Of a stretch of 64,000 nucleotides of DNA, positions 39,598 through 51,150 are shown in pieces. Position 1 is the first letter of the stretch; every line of letters starts with the position of its first letter. The position numbers and the translations under genes were made by a program. Source of the DNA: Lama glama (taxonomy: Eukaryota). The notes under the pieces are model-generated. The model saw only the letters and a list, made by a program, of their open reading frames with translations. It was not told the DNA's origin and did no database searches. The stretch covers positions 17,610,001 through 17,674,000 of the forward strand of contig CM052816.1 of assembly GCA_028534125.1 (NCBI GenBank). Reading direction: 5' to 3'.

Positions 39598-42511
39598 CAG
39601 ATCTAGAAGCAGAGCCATTGATTTCAGCTCCAAACTGGGTTAAGAGCTGAGTTTTGTGAAAGAGGTGTGTGAAGCAGACATATGAGGCTTTGATGGGCAG
39701 CACCAAAATACCCCATGCAGTATTGTTCCCAAATAATTCTGGTGGGCAGCCCTGACAAGGTGCCTCTGCTTCTAACTGTGATTTGTGTATCCTGCTGGTA
39801 AATCAGATGAGGGATGCAAGCCTCAGATGCCTTATTAAATCGAGCCACAATTTGGATTTTTTGCAGGAGCTGTGACTGCCTCATGAGTAAATGTATGATT
39901 TCTGCTGTGAGCTCTGGGTCCTTCTCCTGCCTTTTTCTGGTGAGGACCATAGGCTGTGTGCTGGTGAGTGAGCTGAGGGTCACACCCTGTTTATTCCAGA
40001 TCTTTCATTCCTGAATAGGGTGTCAAGACAAAAGGAGTAAATGAACACTGACCTTGTGTGCCAGCCCAGAGACCAGCTACTTATAAGGGTTTGTGATTCC
40101 ATTGAGCTACCTGGAAAGGGTCCTAAGTTCTAGGCCATGGCACAGAAGTCCTTCCTTCTTAATTTCCATGTCTGGGCTGTGGGTACATTTCTCACTCTAA
40201 ATCTCTCAGTGTACATGGTTCTCATACTGCAGATTTTAGTGCTGTGCGAATTCATATGAAAATGATTTTACCTTGCTGGCTAGAGTTGCCCTGACCATAG
40301 TATTAGGGTAATGCTGTCTTCATTTTCCCTTCCCGTAGAACTGTAAATGAATGAATGAATGGGTAAAGGGATGAATGCATAAACAGCATATAAATACATG
40401 AAATAATCTATGTAATTTTTTATTGAAAAATAATGAAGTAGAAGCAGGAAGAAAACTGTTATATTCCCCCAACCATTCATAACCATTGTTGCCACTTTGG
40501 TTTTTCTCTAGTCCTTTTTGTATTTTCTTTTCCTTATGATGGGTTGTGGACACTCTTTAAGAATAGTTGAGATACTTATAAAATGTGACTACATGAAAAC
40601 ATCAATTTTAATGAATGGGACCCAGCACTACACCCCTCGCCTCCAGTGTAGCCACGTTGTCCTGGCCTCATGCATGTTGGTGGCCGTGGCTGCTCCTTGT
40701 TCTTCATTGGCCTCTGAGGAGGTGGGCTCTGGGCATGGAGAGGATGTGGTGATGGAGTGGATGAAGTTGTCACCGCTACATCTTTGGTCCTCTTTACTGC
40801 TTCTTGGTTTCTTCCTTCCCATGTTGTATGTGACCTTCTAGGAGTCTCCAGTTCTTAGAAGAGGGTAATTTGGCTAAAGAACTTGATCTTGGAAATTATT
40901 GGAATATATATATAGAGAGGGGGGGGAGTATAGTCAGTTTACAATGTTCATTAGTCATTTAGTAGGAAGGAGATTTTAAAGATCTAGGACATAATTATTG
41001 TTTGTGTTCATATTAGGCTCTTAAGATTTGGAAGCAAAACTAAAAATCAAAGAAAAAGCAGCTTATTGCTTTGGTCCATCTTGGATTCTTCCAGTACATT
41101 CTAGTCCTTGCTAGTCTGTGAAAGTTGCTCCCACTTTATTTACACAGAGCTTTCAGGCATATTTGATTTATTATCTGACATGTTATAGAATCATTGAATT
41201 TTAGGACTGGAAGGGACCTGGATTGTTACTAACATTCCTGTTGTTTTCCAAATAATAAATGAAAAGAAAGCATAAAAATTAAAATATTATATGATGTCTG
41301 CCAGCTGAGTACTCTTCCACAAGAAATAAATACATTTTTATTGATGTGTATTTTGTTATGATGTGAATGATCTCACCTGATAATTTTGTGCTGGAGGGTT
41401 TTGACTTTAAAAGATAGGTATTATGCAGGAATCCTGGTTGTTCATCGTCTCCTTTACCCCTGTCCCCTGCAGACAAGAGTGGGACCTTTCAAAGGCTCAG
41501 TGAGAGCAAGAGGCCCTTAAGTGTTGTTATTGCCTGAGGGTGGAGAGGGGGACCTCCAGGGTCTTGGTTCCCAGAGCATGGTCACCTGGCATGTTCTTTG
41601 TTCACAGGGAGGGATGTTTATTTAATGAAGAAAGGTGTAGCAAGCTGGCAGTATGTCTCTGCAGGACAGAGAGAGGGACAGGCACACAGACTAGTTGGTT
41701 CCAGTTGCGGCCCATATGACTCACACATGTCCTTAAGAGGTGGCATGGGGATGCTTGCTGGTTGGAAGGGCCGGGGAGTGAGTTGGCTCTGGTTCCCGGG
41801 ATGGCATGCCATGGGTCAGTGTGGCTCCTCTAGACATTGTGTCATTGCTCTGCCTTACAGCTGGAGTGAGCAGGTCGCAGTGATGCCAATGACCAGCCAC
41901 AACAGCTACAGGCTTCCTGGTCCCAAAACAAAGGGCAGACCGAGTGGTGTGGCCATGGGGATTTGGGGACCCTGAGCAAAGCAGGTAGGTGTGGCCTGTT
42001 GTCCGGTCTCTGTGGCTGCACCTGGGCTCAGGCTTCCCCACCTTTTGCCTGAGCCCAAGGCTGTTGAAGCAAAGACTCAGGCTTGTTGTCCTTGCTGGCT
42101 TCTCTCTCCCACCCTGCTGTGTGTCCCTTGCCCAGAAAACTCCTTGTCCATCCAGACCCAGTGTAAGTCCCACTTCCTCAGTAGAGTCTGCCCTGGTTCC
42201 CTGGAGTAGTTTGTGGCTTCCTGCTCTGTGTTCTGTAGCTGCTTTCTTCATGTAATGACCACATTGCCTGGTAATATTACACTTCATCTGCTGACATTTC
42301 TTGTTCCCCATCCCCTAGCCAGATTCTGGGCTTCTGAGGGTAGGGGCTGGGGGTTATTCATGTCTGTTTTCTAGCACAAAGGCAGACATGCAGCACATGC
42401 TCCATAAGTGATGTTTGTGTACTCGTGGAATGAACTTCCTTGGTGTCCTTGGTTACACTTGGGCTCTCTCTAATCTGCCCCACACTCAGCCCAGCGTGCT
42501 ACAGAAAGTAC

Positions 42512-42537
42512 TGATGTGATGTGATGTGATGTGATGA
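42512..42537. repeat. (TGATG)5 pentanucleotide repeat
   Basis: tgatgtgatgtgatgtgatgtgatg. Confidence 0.9.
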
Positions 42538-44224
42538 GGTCCAACTCCATATCAGCCCTCCAGTGGCTCCTTAGTGCCTGTAGATGAGATGTGGATGTCT
42601 CATCAGGCACTGACATCCTTGAGCCTCTAGTCCCAGCTTCCTTGGTAGCTGCAACCTCGTTCTGTTTCTGTGAGTGTGCCAGGCCCTAAATGAGCACAGC
42701 CAGATGATGGAACCCCCTCTGAAGGGCAACAGGACAGCTAGATGTTCGTGGAGTAGAATAGTTCATGGGTCCCCAAGTGGTGGGGCCTGAACGGCTCTCA
42801 GGGATGGGTGCACATTGCTCTTGGTACGAGGACCATTCTCTTGCAGCTTCTCTGGGCACTCTGTCTTGTCACATGACATAAATTCATTATCTACCTGTCT
42901 GAGTGGCCAGGTGAGCACGTTCCCAAGTCTGGAGCCTGGCTGAAATGCTCTGCGGCTGTTTCTCTAAGTCTCCTGAGTCTACCAGGCATCTCTGCGGCGC
43001 TGCTGGGGTGAGGGACTGGATTACATCCATCACAGAGTTGCATAAAGGCTTGGTGGCTGAGAGGAAAATGAGCCATCTCCACGATCCAGTGTTGCTTGGA
43101 CCCAGCTGCCTTTGGGAGCGTGGGTCCTGTGGAGGGTCTTCAGTCAGAGTGAGAGGGTTGTTCTACCTCGTGGCAAACCCTAGTTAAAGCAGTGGCTGCG
43201 CTTCAGACAGGGCACACCCCCCTTCTCTGTGGAAGCTTTGCCAGTGATTGCAGAAGGAAACTGTGGCTTGGGACTGTGGGTCTATTTGACAGGCTTGTCT
43301 ACACTGGTGACCTCTTACCAGAGGGAAAGCGTCACTTTGGAAGCTGCAGATTTTAAATGAACCCTCTCAGATTCTGACTGTGACATCATGGCTTCGAAAT
43401 GGGCAAAGACCTTGCCCAGATCTATTTCTGGGGCTTTGATGAGGAGCGTCCGCTGTGGGCATGGTCCAAGGGCTAGAGCCTCAGGATGCACAGGAGGGTA
43501 GACAGGGAGGCGCTAGGATCCTTTCAGGGACCCCATGAGGGAGTTTTTATTGCTAACTTTCCCAGATGTTCCTTCCAAGAGAAGAGGCTGAGTGGCAGGG
43601 CCGGGAGGAAGTGCAGCAGGCCTGGCTGTGCTGCTAATGAAAATTTCATGCAAAGTCTGTGGCCGTGGCTTCCCAGAGAGTGACCGGTGCCAAAGCCACC
43701 GCATCCTCTATGCGGTACCTTGATGTCGGTGTTGGATGCTCCACTTTGAAGTGGGCCCCGGAGAGTGCAGTGGCAGACAGGTGTGAGCACTCCGTCCACA
43801 GCTCACAAAGCTTGCTGCTGAGGCTGCTGTCATCAGGGCTGACGGCCATGATGCTCAATCCCAGGAAGCCATCTGGCAGTTTGGGGGGAGGTGGGTACCA
43901 GGACATCTGGGTGTCCTGACTGCTTTTCCAGAGCCAGGCATGAGACAGATGAGCTTGCTGTCCAATCTCACAAAGACCCGTGAGCAGGTGTTTGCATCCC
44001 CCTTTAACAGATGGGACAGCTGAGGCTCAGCTGCCCTGTGGGTCAGTGCATTGGTAGACAGAGCATCTTGGGCAGCCTCTGGTCTTTGTGCTCATCTCCT
44101 ACCCCTTGGTATCTCCTGTGAACACTGAGTTCCATCTCTAGAGGGGAGTGAGCCTCATGTCCTCTCTCCAGGGTTTCCAGTCTTCACCTGCCTCACTGTC
44201 CTCCCTTCGCATGGTGCCATTGAA

Positions 44225-44470
44225 CAGTGTGTCTAGGGCTTAGAGCATGATCTTCAGAGTCATGCAAAACCGAGTTCAGATCCTCCTACTTCTCACTAGC
44301 TGTGTGACCCTGTGTAGTAATTTGATCTAAACTTCAGTTTTCCCAACTATATCATAGTTGGGAACATAGGCATGCTGACTGTGCCCACCTTCTGTACATG
44401 GTAACTATAAGTATTAGGTGAACTAACACAGTTGGCTTAGCACCAGGCCTCAAAACGTGGTAGCTGCCAT
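44225..44470 (+). mobile_element. MIR SINE
   Basis: gagttcagatcctcctacttctcactagctgtgtgaccctg. Confidence 0.75.
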
Positions 44471-44899
44471 TATGTTTCTGTATGATTCATGTTAATATTA
44501 CTATCACTTTGATTTTTTAATTTAATTTCAACTTTTTCACTTGAACTGTAACTGGATGCAAGTCCTGAATCTTGACTCAGATTTTTGCCAGCTGTGACAG
44601 GCCAAGTCATGAAGTCTCTTTGTTCCTTGGGGTGACTCTGGGCCTTAGCAGATGTAGGGTGAGGATGTCCAACAGAGGTCTGCCTTTCCTCCTTGGTCGT
44701 CTGTCCAAGGTCTTCCAGTATCATACCCACTGGCCCCAGGTTCCAGTTCCTGCTCTAGCTGAAGTCACACAAAGGGCGTTCGTTGCCTGTCTCACTTTCC
44801 TGGAAACCTCCAGGTCACGGAGCCTGCAGCTCTGCATCAAAAGGAATGAACTAGGGAGCTGCAGCTCAAGATACCGGCATAAAGAAAGCAACAGAGGTT

Positions 44900-45480
44900 G
44901 AATTGTTTTATTTCTCCATGGGAGATGCTTACTGAGTACTTGTAGCCTAACGAGCACCCCGCTGGGCCCTGGAGGTTTAGAGGTGAAGACAGACGGCCGC
45001 CCGTGGCTCTAGGGGCTGTCATCTGTGTGGTTGATTGGTGGGAGAGTGACCAGACACTGCAGAGTCCGTGCTCTGTTGTGGGTAGCACAGTGGGGTTGCA
45101 GACCACAGGGAATCAGGGACAGGGAGGCAGCCCACAGGTAGCATCATCTAAACTGGGATTTGATAGAACAGTAAATGTTAATCGAAGAAGGGCGAGGAAG
45201 GTTGTTTCAGGCACAGAAACAGCAGCAAGTGTGGAATTTCAGAGCTTTTAAGTGAGCATGGCTGTTGTGGCTCCAAGAAGTAGTTCACTTACGGCTGGAA
45301 TAAAGTGTGGGAGCTGGGATGTGGGCCCAGGGGGACTGGAGGACTCAGCAGGGGCTGCTCCTTGCAGGGTCCTGTAAGCTGCTAGTGAGCTTGGCCTTCA
45401 CCTGGGAGCTGAGGGGAGCAACTCGAGTATCTGATACCGGGGAGAGATGAGGCCAGAACGTCCCTTCAGGAGGTCACCAT
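44900..45480 (-). mobile_element. LINE-2 fragment
   Basis: gcttactgagtacttgt.., tttcaggcacagaaacagcagcaag; degenerate. Confidence 0.55.
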
Positions 45481-47335
45481 AGGAGCAGCTTTCCCCAGTC
45501 CCTGTGGTCAGCACCTCCCGTGTAGGGTGGTAGGGAGGCAGGAGGGAGGTGATAGTTAATACCCAGTGTTTTATACCCTAAAAGGCAGCATCTGGATGTT
45601 CAGGGGCCTGCTATACTTGGGTGTGGCAGGAGTGGCATTCTGAGAAAGATGGTGGGACCTGATTAATTAGGAATTTGTGATACTTGGACAAAGCTGGGCC
45701 TCAGGCCAGCGTACTTTGGATTTTCTGTAAAGTACAGGTTTATGTGTGCCAAGATGGCAAAGGTCTTATTTGGTATGTCAATGGAATGGACCTTTTCAGA
45801 GTTCCTTTATCTGTTTTCTACATGGAAATTAATGATTATGTAGGAATTTTACTTGTTCAGAGTAGGCCGACTTCACTTCATAGTGAGTGAGTCGTAATGG
45901 GAAACTTCAGTTTACTTAGAATTAAATGATACGTAATAGCCAACAGTGGTTCAAAATGCATCATTGGTTGCACAGAACAGCTCTGTGGTATATTACCTTT
46001 TTTCCACAAATGGAGTCACTAAATCTTAGAGAGTGGGAGCCTGACCTTTAAACAGACGAGCTTGCATCTCATGTTTTCCCATTTCATTGCATTTTTTCTA
46101 AGCCACTCTTCATACATAAGACTAATACAATTGCATGCATTTAAAATATTTCATAACTATTGTTCCCAAGTGTAATCAGTCTCCCTTCATTTGGACCTAT
46201 TTGGTTAGGTTCAAATGCACAAGATGTCACATTATTGAAACTTTAAACACACCATTCTTTCTGTAATGCCTGTTTCTCAGTGTTCCTGGTTCATCTCAGT
46301 ATTAAAAACCTCTGGATGTGGACACAAAAGTTCGTATTTATTAAGTCATTTTATGTACTTAATAGTATCCCAGGCAGTTTGCCACGTCCTCGTGAATCAT
46401 TGTGACCCATCCTCCAAGGTAGGTGTAGCGGTCTTGTCCTGTGGAACCACAGCTCAGAAGCTGAGGGGGTTGTGCAAGGCCACCGAGCTGGTGAGTGCTC
46501 AGGGCAGGATCTGAACCCGTATCTGCTTCAGAGCCTCTCCTGTTCGTAGCATCTCCTCTGCCTTTAACTCCATAGTCCTGCCTGCTTCTCACCCGTCTAG
46601 ACATTCATAAGCCCCCTCCTGGCCAGTTCAGACGTTTCAGTCATTGTACTTGTGAGATCAAGGGTGTGGATGGCTTTGAGTCTGGAGACACCCCTTGTCT
46701 TGGTCAGAGTACAGATGGAGCATCATAGATCCATTTGTATTCCCACAAGAAAAGCCAGATGTAGGGCATGCTTTCTGGAAGGGACGTCAGACTCAGTTTT
46801 TGTCTCTGAGAAAGCCCAAGCCAGCAGTCACTCCCCCTGACCCCAGCTTGGATGGATAGACGGGATAGACAGACAGTCCTGGGGAGGGTGAGCGCTTTGT
46901 GGTGGTTATAACCCCTTAATTGGCTGGAGGGGCCATGACAACCCTATTCATTTTAAAACCCAGGACCCTGGACCCATGTCTTTCTCAGGTTTTAGACCCC
47001 TTCAAGCTATTTTGGAGCTGCAAGGGAAAACTGTTTCTTTGCAGCAATGTAGAAGGCCTATTACTCTTGCTCTCTGGTGTCATCACAGGAGACATTTATT
47101 GAATTTCACCCTTTGGACCAATGGCACAGGAAATTCTCAGAGGTAATAATCACGACTGAGAGTTTGGATTTAATCAGGATGTTGTTAGCTGTTCTACAGT
47201 AATGACACAGATCACCAGAGGACCCTCAGGTTTGCCCGCTCTTAAATTATTCCACTGAGAATCTAATGTTATTGCCTATGAACTAGTGAACGAGGGGACC
47301 TTTTCAAGGGGATGATGGTCAGTGACTTAAGGGAG

Positions 47336-47472
47336 AATATCTGCCTGTGACTTTTGTAATGTTATGATAATTTGAAATTGTGATGCAATTATCGAAAATG
47401 TTTACATTCCTTCCTGTTGTTTGATGTGATTCTTTTATTTTTTTTTCTCATTTATAATGCTTTCGTACTCAG
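47336..47472 (+). promoter_or_regulatory. Microexon 3' splice region: ~135-nt AG-free zone, U-rich tract and UGC motif (SRRM3/4-type intronic enhancer)
   Basis: No AG between 47336 and 47470. T-rich tract ~47430-47453. TGC at 47458-47460, 15 nt before the exon. Confidence 0.75.
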
Positions 47473-47481
47473 GAAGTTGAG
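47473..47481 (+). CDS. SPOCK1: SPOCK1 9-nt alternative microexon encoding Glu-Val-Glu (EVE)
   Basis: tttataatgctttcgtactcAG|GAAGTTGAG|GTAGGT. Frame-preserving, phase 0/0. Inclusion gives RFRD-EVE-DDYF, the form known in testican family proteins. Confidence 0.92.
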
Positions 47482-50400
47482 GTAGGTTTTTGACTTTTCA
47501 ACTGTGTGTAGACATAGCATCGAAATAGTTGCCAAATAAAATGTAAATTTCACTCTGAATCCTAAATATCTGTGATAAATATTTGTTTTAGTTCAGTGAA
47601 CCAGCACTGCATACATTTATTTTTCAGTGGTATATCCAGGGGATGCAATTTATCAGATGCATATAAACAGTCCATTTGCTGCTTTATCTTTTCCCATTAG
47701 TTACAGTGCAAGTATGATTGTCAGTTATTATCTGTGTTTTACTGGTGGCTTATTTATTGAAAAAGCAGAGCAACTGACATTGTTATTGTCTAAATCATTT
47801 CGTCTGAGGCCTGCAGGACTTTATACCAAATGTCAGACCAATTTATCAAAGAATCACTCTATTCAGGAAGAAAGTGATTTAGAGTGTCTATATAACATAC
47901 ACCCACCTGTCCTTACACACACAGCAAGAGCAGTTATGGGCAATTCACGTGGATACAGAGATGTTAAAGTTGGAACATCTGATTTAGATTATATGCAGTC
48001 TAAGTAAGGACTTACTGTGTACTGTTGAGTGATGCCTTGGGGGACTATGCAGGTGAGTAAGACCCACCACTGCTCAGAAGTCACCTGGCCCAGGTGTACG
48101 GCTATGATACGTGCACATGGGAATGTGTGAATGCCCTGTGCACCAGTCCTTGGTGTACAGGGTTCTCAAGAGTGCGGTCTGTGATGGGATTGCTGGGGTA
48201 GGGGGCTCAAGCCACTGCTCAAGCTGGGCTGGTTGGTTGAATGCTTCATTTGGAAGGATTCTCACTGGGGCTCTTCACCAAGGATGGGAAGGACAGGCCT
48301 GACTGAGAGGAGACTGACAGCACATTGCTTGCCCAGAAATGTGACCAGAAATAGCTCAGAGGTGAGGTGGTGTCTGGGAAGCTAGCCCCTTTCCTTTCCT
48401 GATGGGTTTGTTTTATATCTCCTGACAGCATGATAGGTAGGGATTTCCAGTGCACACAAATTAAAATTGCAGACAAATTTCACCTTATACAGGGGATGCA
48501 TGTGTATAATGTCATCTGGGAATCTCACATGTCCAGTGACTTCTATTACCATTTCAGGGACACTCATCCTGCCTGCCAGACAGCCCTCCTTCCCATTCTC
48601 TCCAGACAAGTAGAGTGAAAATTAACTAGTTGGTACTAAATCCTTTTGAGAGCAGTTTGCCTATAGTCCCTTAATTGATCTGTCTGTAAAGGTTTTGGGT
48701 TCGATAAAGTGGGATTGACCTCCATCTAGGAACTGTGAACGTGACTTTAGTCCACCTGACCTTGGTATTGATAAATCCCTTTTGTATTTATCTGCAGGGG
48801 GTCTTAGATGACCCCAAAGGGGCTGCCTGCCCTCGCTCTGCCTTACTTCCTTCTATACACGTCTCCGTTGCTCAGTCCTGGTTGAGACAAATGAGGCTCC
48901 CATTTATTTTCTAGGCTGGTAATTTGTATTATCTCAGGTAATCTTCAGATGAAGCTGCAGTGTTCAAACAACTTAGCTGAAATATGTATGAAGGAGACAT
49001 GATCTGTTCCATGGGAGCAAAGTGTCTTTGATCTGCAGTATCTAAAGCTGTAAGGTATATAATAAATTGCATCATCATCTTTGTAAGTGGGAGTAAAGCA
49101 GGCGGATTTCAAAAGTGGTTTCCATGTGATTATGCCATTCCATCTCTTCCCCAGAGTTGCTTTGACATTCTTGGAGCTGAAATAAACACCTCCGGAAAGG
49201 CAAACCCTTGGGGAATATTTGAGCTAAATTGCATCAGCCATTTTGGGGCTATGGGACAGTGGAAGAAAAATTCAGTTTCCCATTCAAAATTGGCTGTGAC
49301 ATCCATGATGAAGAGGCTTAATCATGGTAAATTATGGCAGGAATGTTGTTGCCTCATTTCATGGTAGGGAGGCTTTAAAGTTTTTCTTGGAATATGCATT
49401 ATAGAGCAGAATGTTCTTTGGCATATACGTATATATGTACATCTATATGTTACTAACATGGATAAATGGTATATCCTTATTAATATCTATTAGATAATAC
49501 CCAATATGTGTTATACATGTATGTATTTTAAATAAATTTCCCTTTCCAAGAATGCTTATCAAAATAGTGTATCTCTAATGTTGTTGAAAACTCAGAGGTA
49601 AGGTCCTTTGTACCAGCCGCTGGGTGCCAGTAATTTCACAGGATCCAGTATTATGTTAGTAGATTATTTATTTAGTGAGATAAAGATGATTTTATCTATA
49701 TTGATCAGCTGTGGAGGATTTAAAACAAATATTTCGGGTCATGATCATTCCCATGATTCTTCCTCTGCCATCAGTACCACCCCTGCCTTCCTCATTTTTA
49801 TGATTTGTCACTTTCCTATTGTGATCTGTAGGCTGACTTTTGATGTTTTTTTACTATGACTTTATTGTAACTTGAGATGTTTCATGATTTTGGACATAAG
49901 TCAATATGTTCAAATTTGAGACTTTTAAAATTTACAAGTTCTTCCAGATTTTAACAGTCCCTAAAGAGTTGGGTAATTTTCATTTTTGAAGTGGTACAGT
50001 GAAATGGAATCAGCCTTCCTCATATGGTTAGAATTTAGAGGAAGACTGTTCTCTGCTCTGTCCAATAGAGGCTTGACATAATTAGCTTGTGCTGTGTAGC
50101 CCATGAAATACACATGGATAGTAACATGGCTGTCCTTCATTCCTCATCCTGTAGAATGCACTAACAGGAGTTAATGAATATAATAAATGACCATATTTAG
50201 GTATGCATCTTTCTATTAAGGTGTATGTTTTAAAAAATGAACTGTTACTGGGGTCCTTGCAAGTCATTTTTAAAAGCATCATCACTAGATGGTAAAATTA
50301 TCAGTTAAGATACCAACTAAGACAGATACACCTCTCCTGGCAACTGTGGTCTGAGACATTCCACATGTCTTCTATCACAGTCTGGATTTTAATAGGTTGC

Positions 50401-50650
50401 AATTTTATTGGGCCTGAAGGAAAATCAAGGGTGAGGGCTCTCCAAGTTCCGCCCTTTACTGGTCTCTAGATCAGACCCTGAGGTCCCCACAGCGGGAAGG
50501 CCCTGGGATACAATGCAGCACTGGGATAAGGTAAGGGCAGGCACGCTGCTTCCCATGGAGGGATTTATAACTGAGAAAACAGAACTGTGAACAGCACAGG
50601 AAGTCCTGGGTCTGTTTTAGGATAACATAAAATGTACACTTTACTTAAAT

Positions 50651-51150
50651 NNNNNNNNNNNNNNNNNNNNNNNNNNNNNNNNNNNNNNNNNNNNNNNNNN
50701 NNNNNNNNNNNNNNNNNNNNNNNNNNNNNNNNNNNNNNNNNNNNNNNNNNNNNNNNNNNNNNNNNNNNNNNNNNNNNNNNNNNNNNNNNNNNNNNNNNNN
50801 NNNNNNNNNNNNNNNNNNNNNNNNNNNNNNNNNNNNNNNNNNNNNNNNNNNNNNNNNNNNNNNNNNNNNNNNNNNNNNNNNNNNNNNNNNNNNNNNNNNN
50901 NNNNNNNNNNNNNNNNNNNNNNNNNNNNNNNNNNNNNNNNNNNNNNNNNNNNNNNNNNNNNNNNNNNNNNNNNNNNNNNNNNNNNNNNNNNNNNNNNNNN
51001 NNNNNNNNNNNNNNNNNNNNNNNNNNNNNNNNNNNNNNNNNNNNNNNNNNNNNNNNNNNNNNNNNNNNNNNNNNNNNNNNNNNNNNNNNNNNNNNNNNNN
51101 NNNNNNNNNNNNNNNNNNNNNNNNNNNNNNNNNNNNNNNNNNNNNNNNNN
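50651..51150. other. Assembly gap (500 N) flanked by a 199-bp exact duplication
   Basis: 50452-50650 is identical to 51151-51349. Confidence 0.97.

Noticed and set aside
41733..42311. 192-aa minus-strand ORF
   Set aside because: No recognisable domain, overlaps L2-like remnants and has no splice or promoter support; consistent with a chance ORF in GC-richer sequence.
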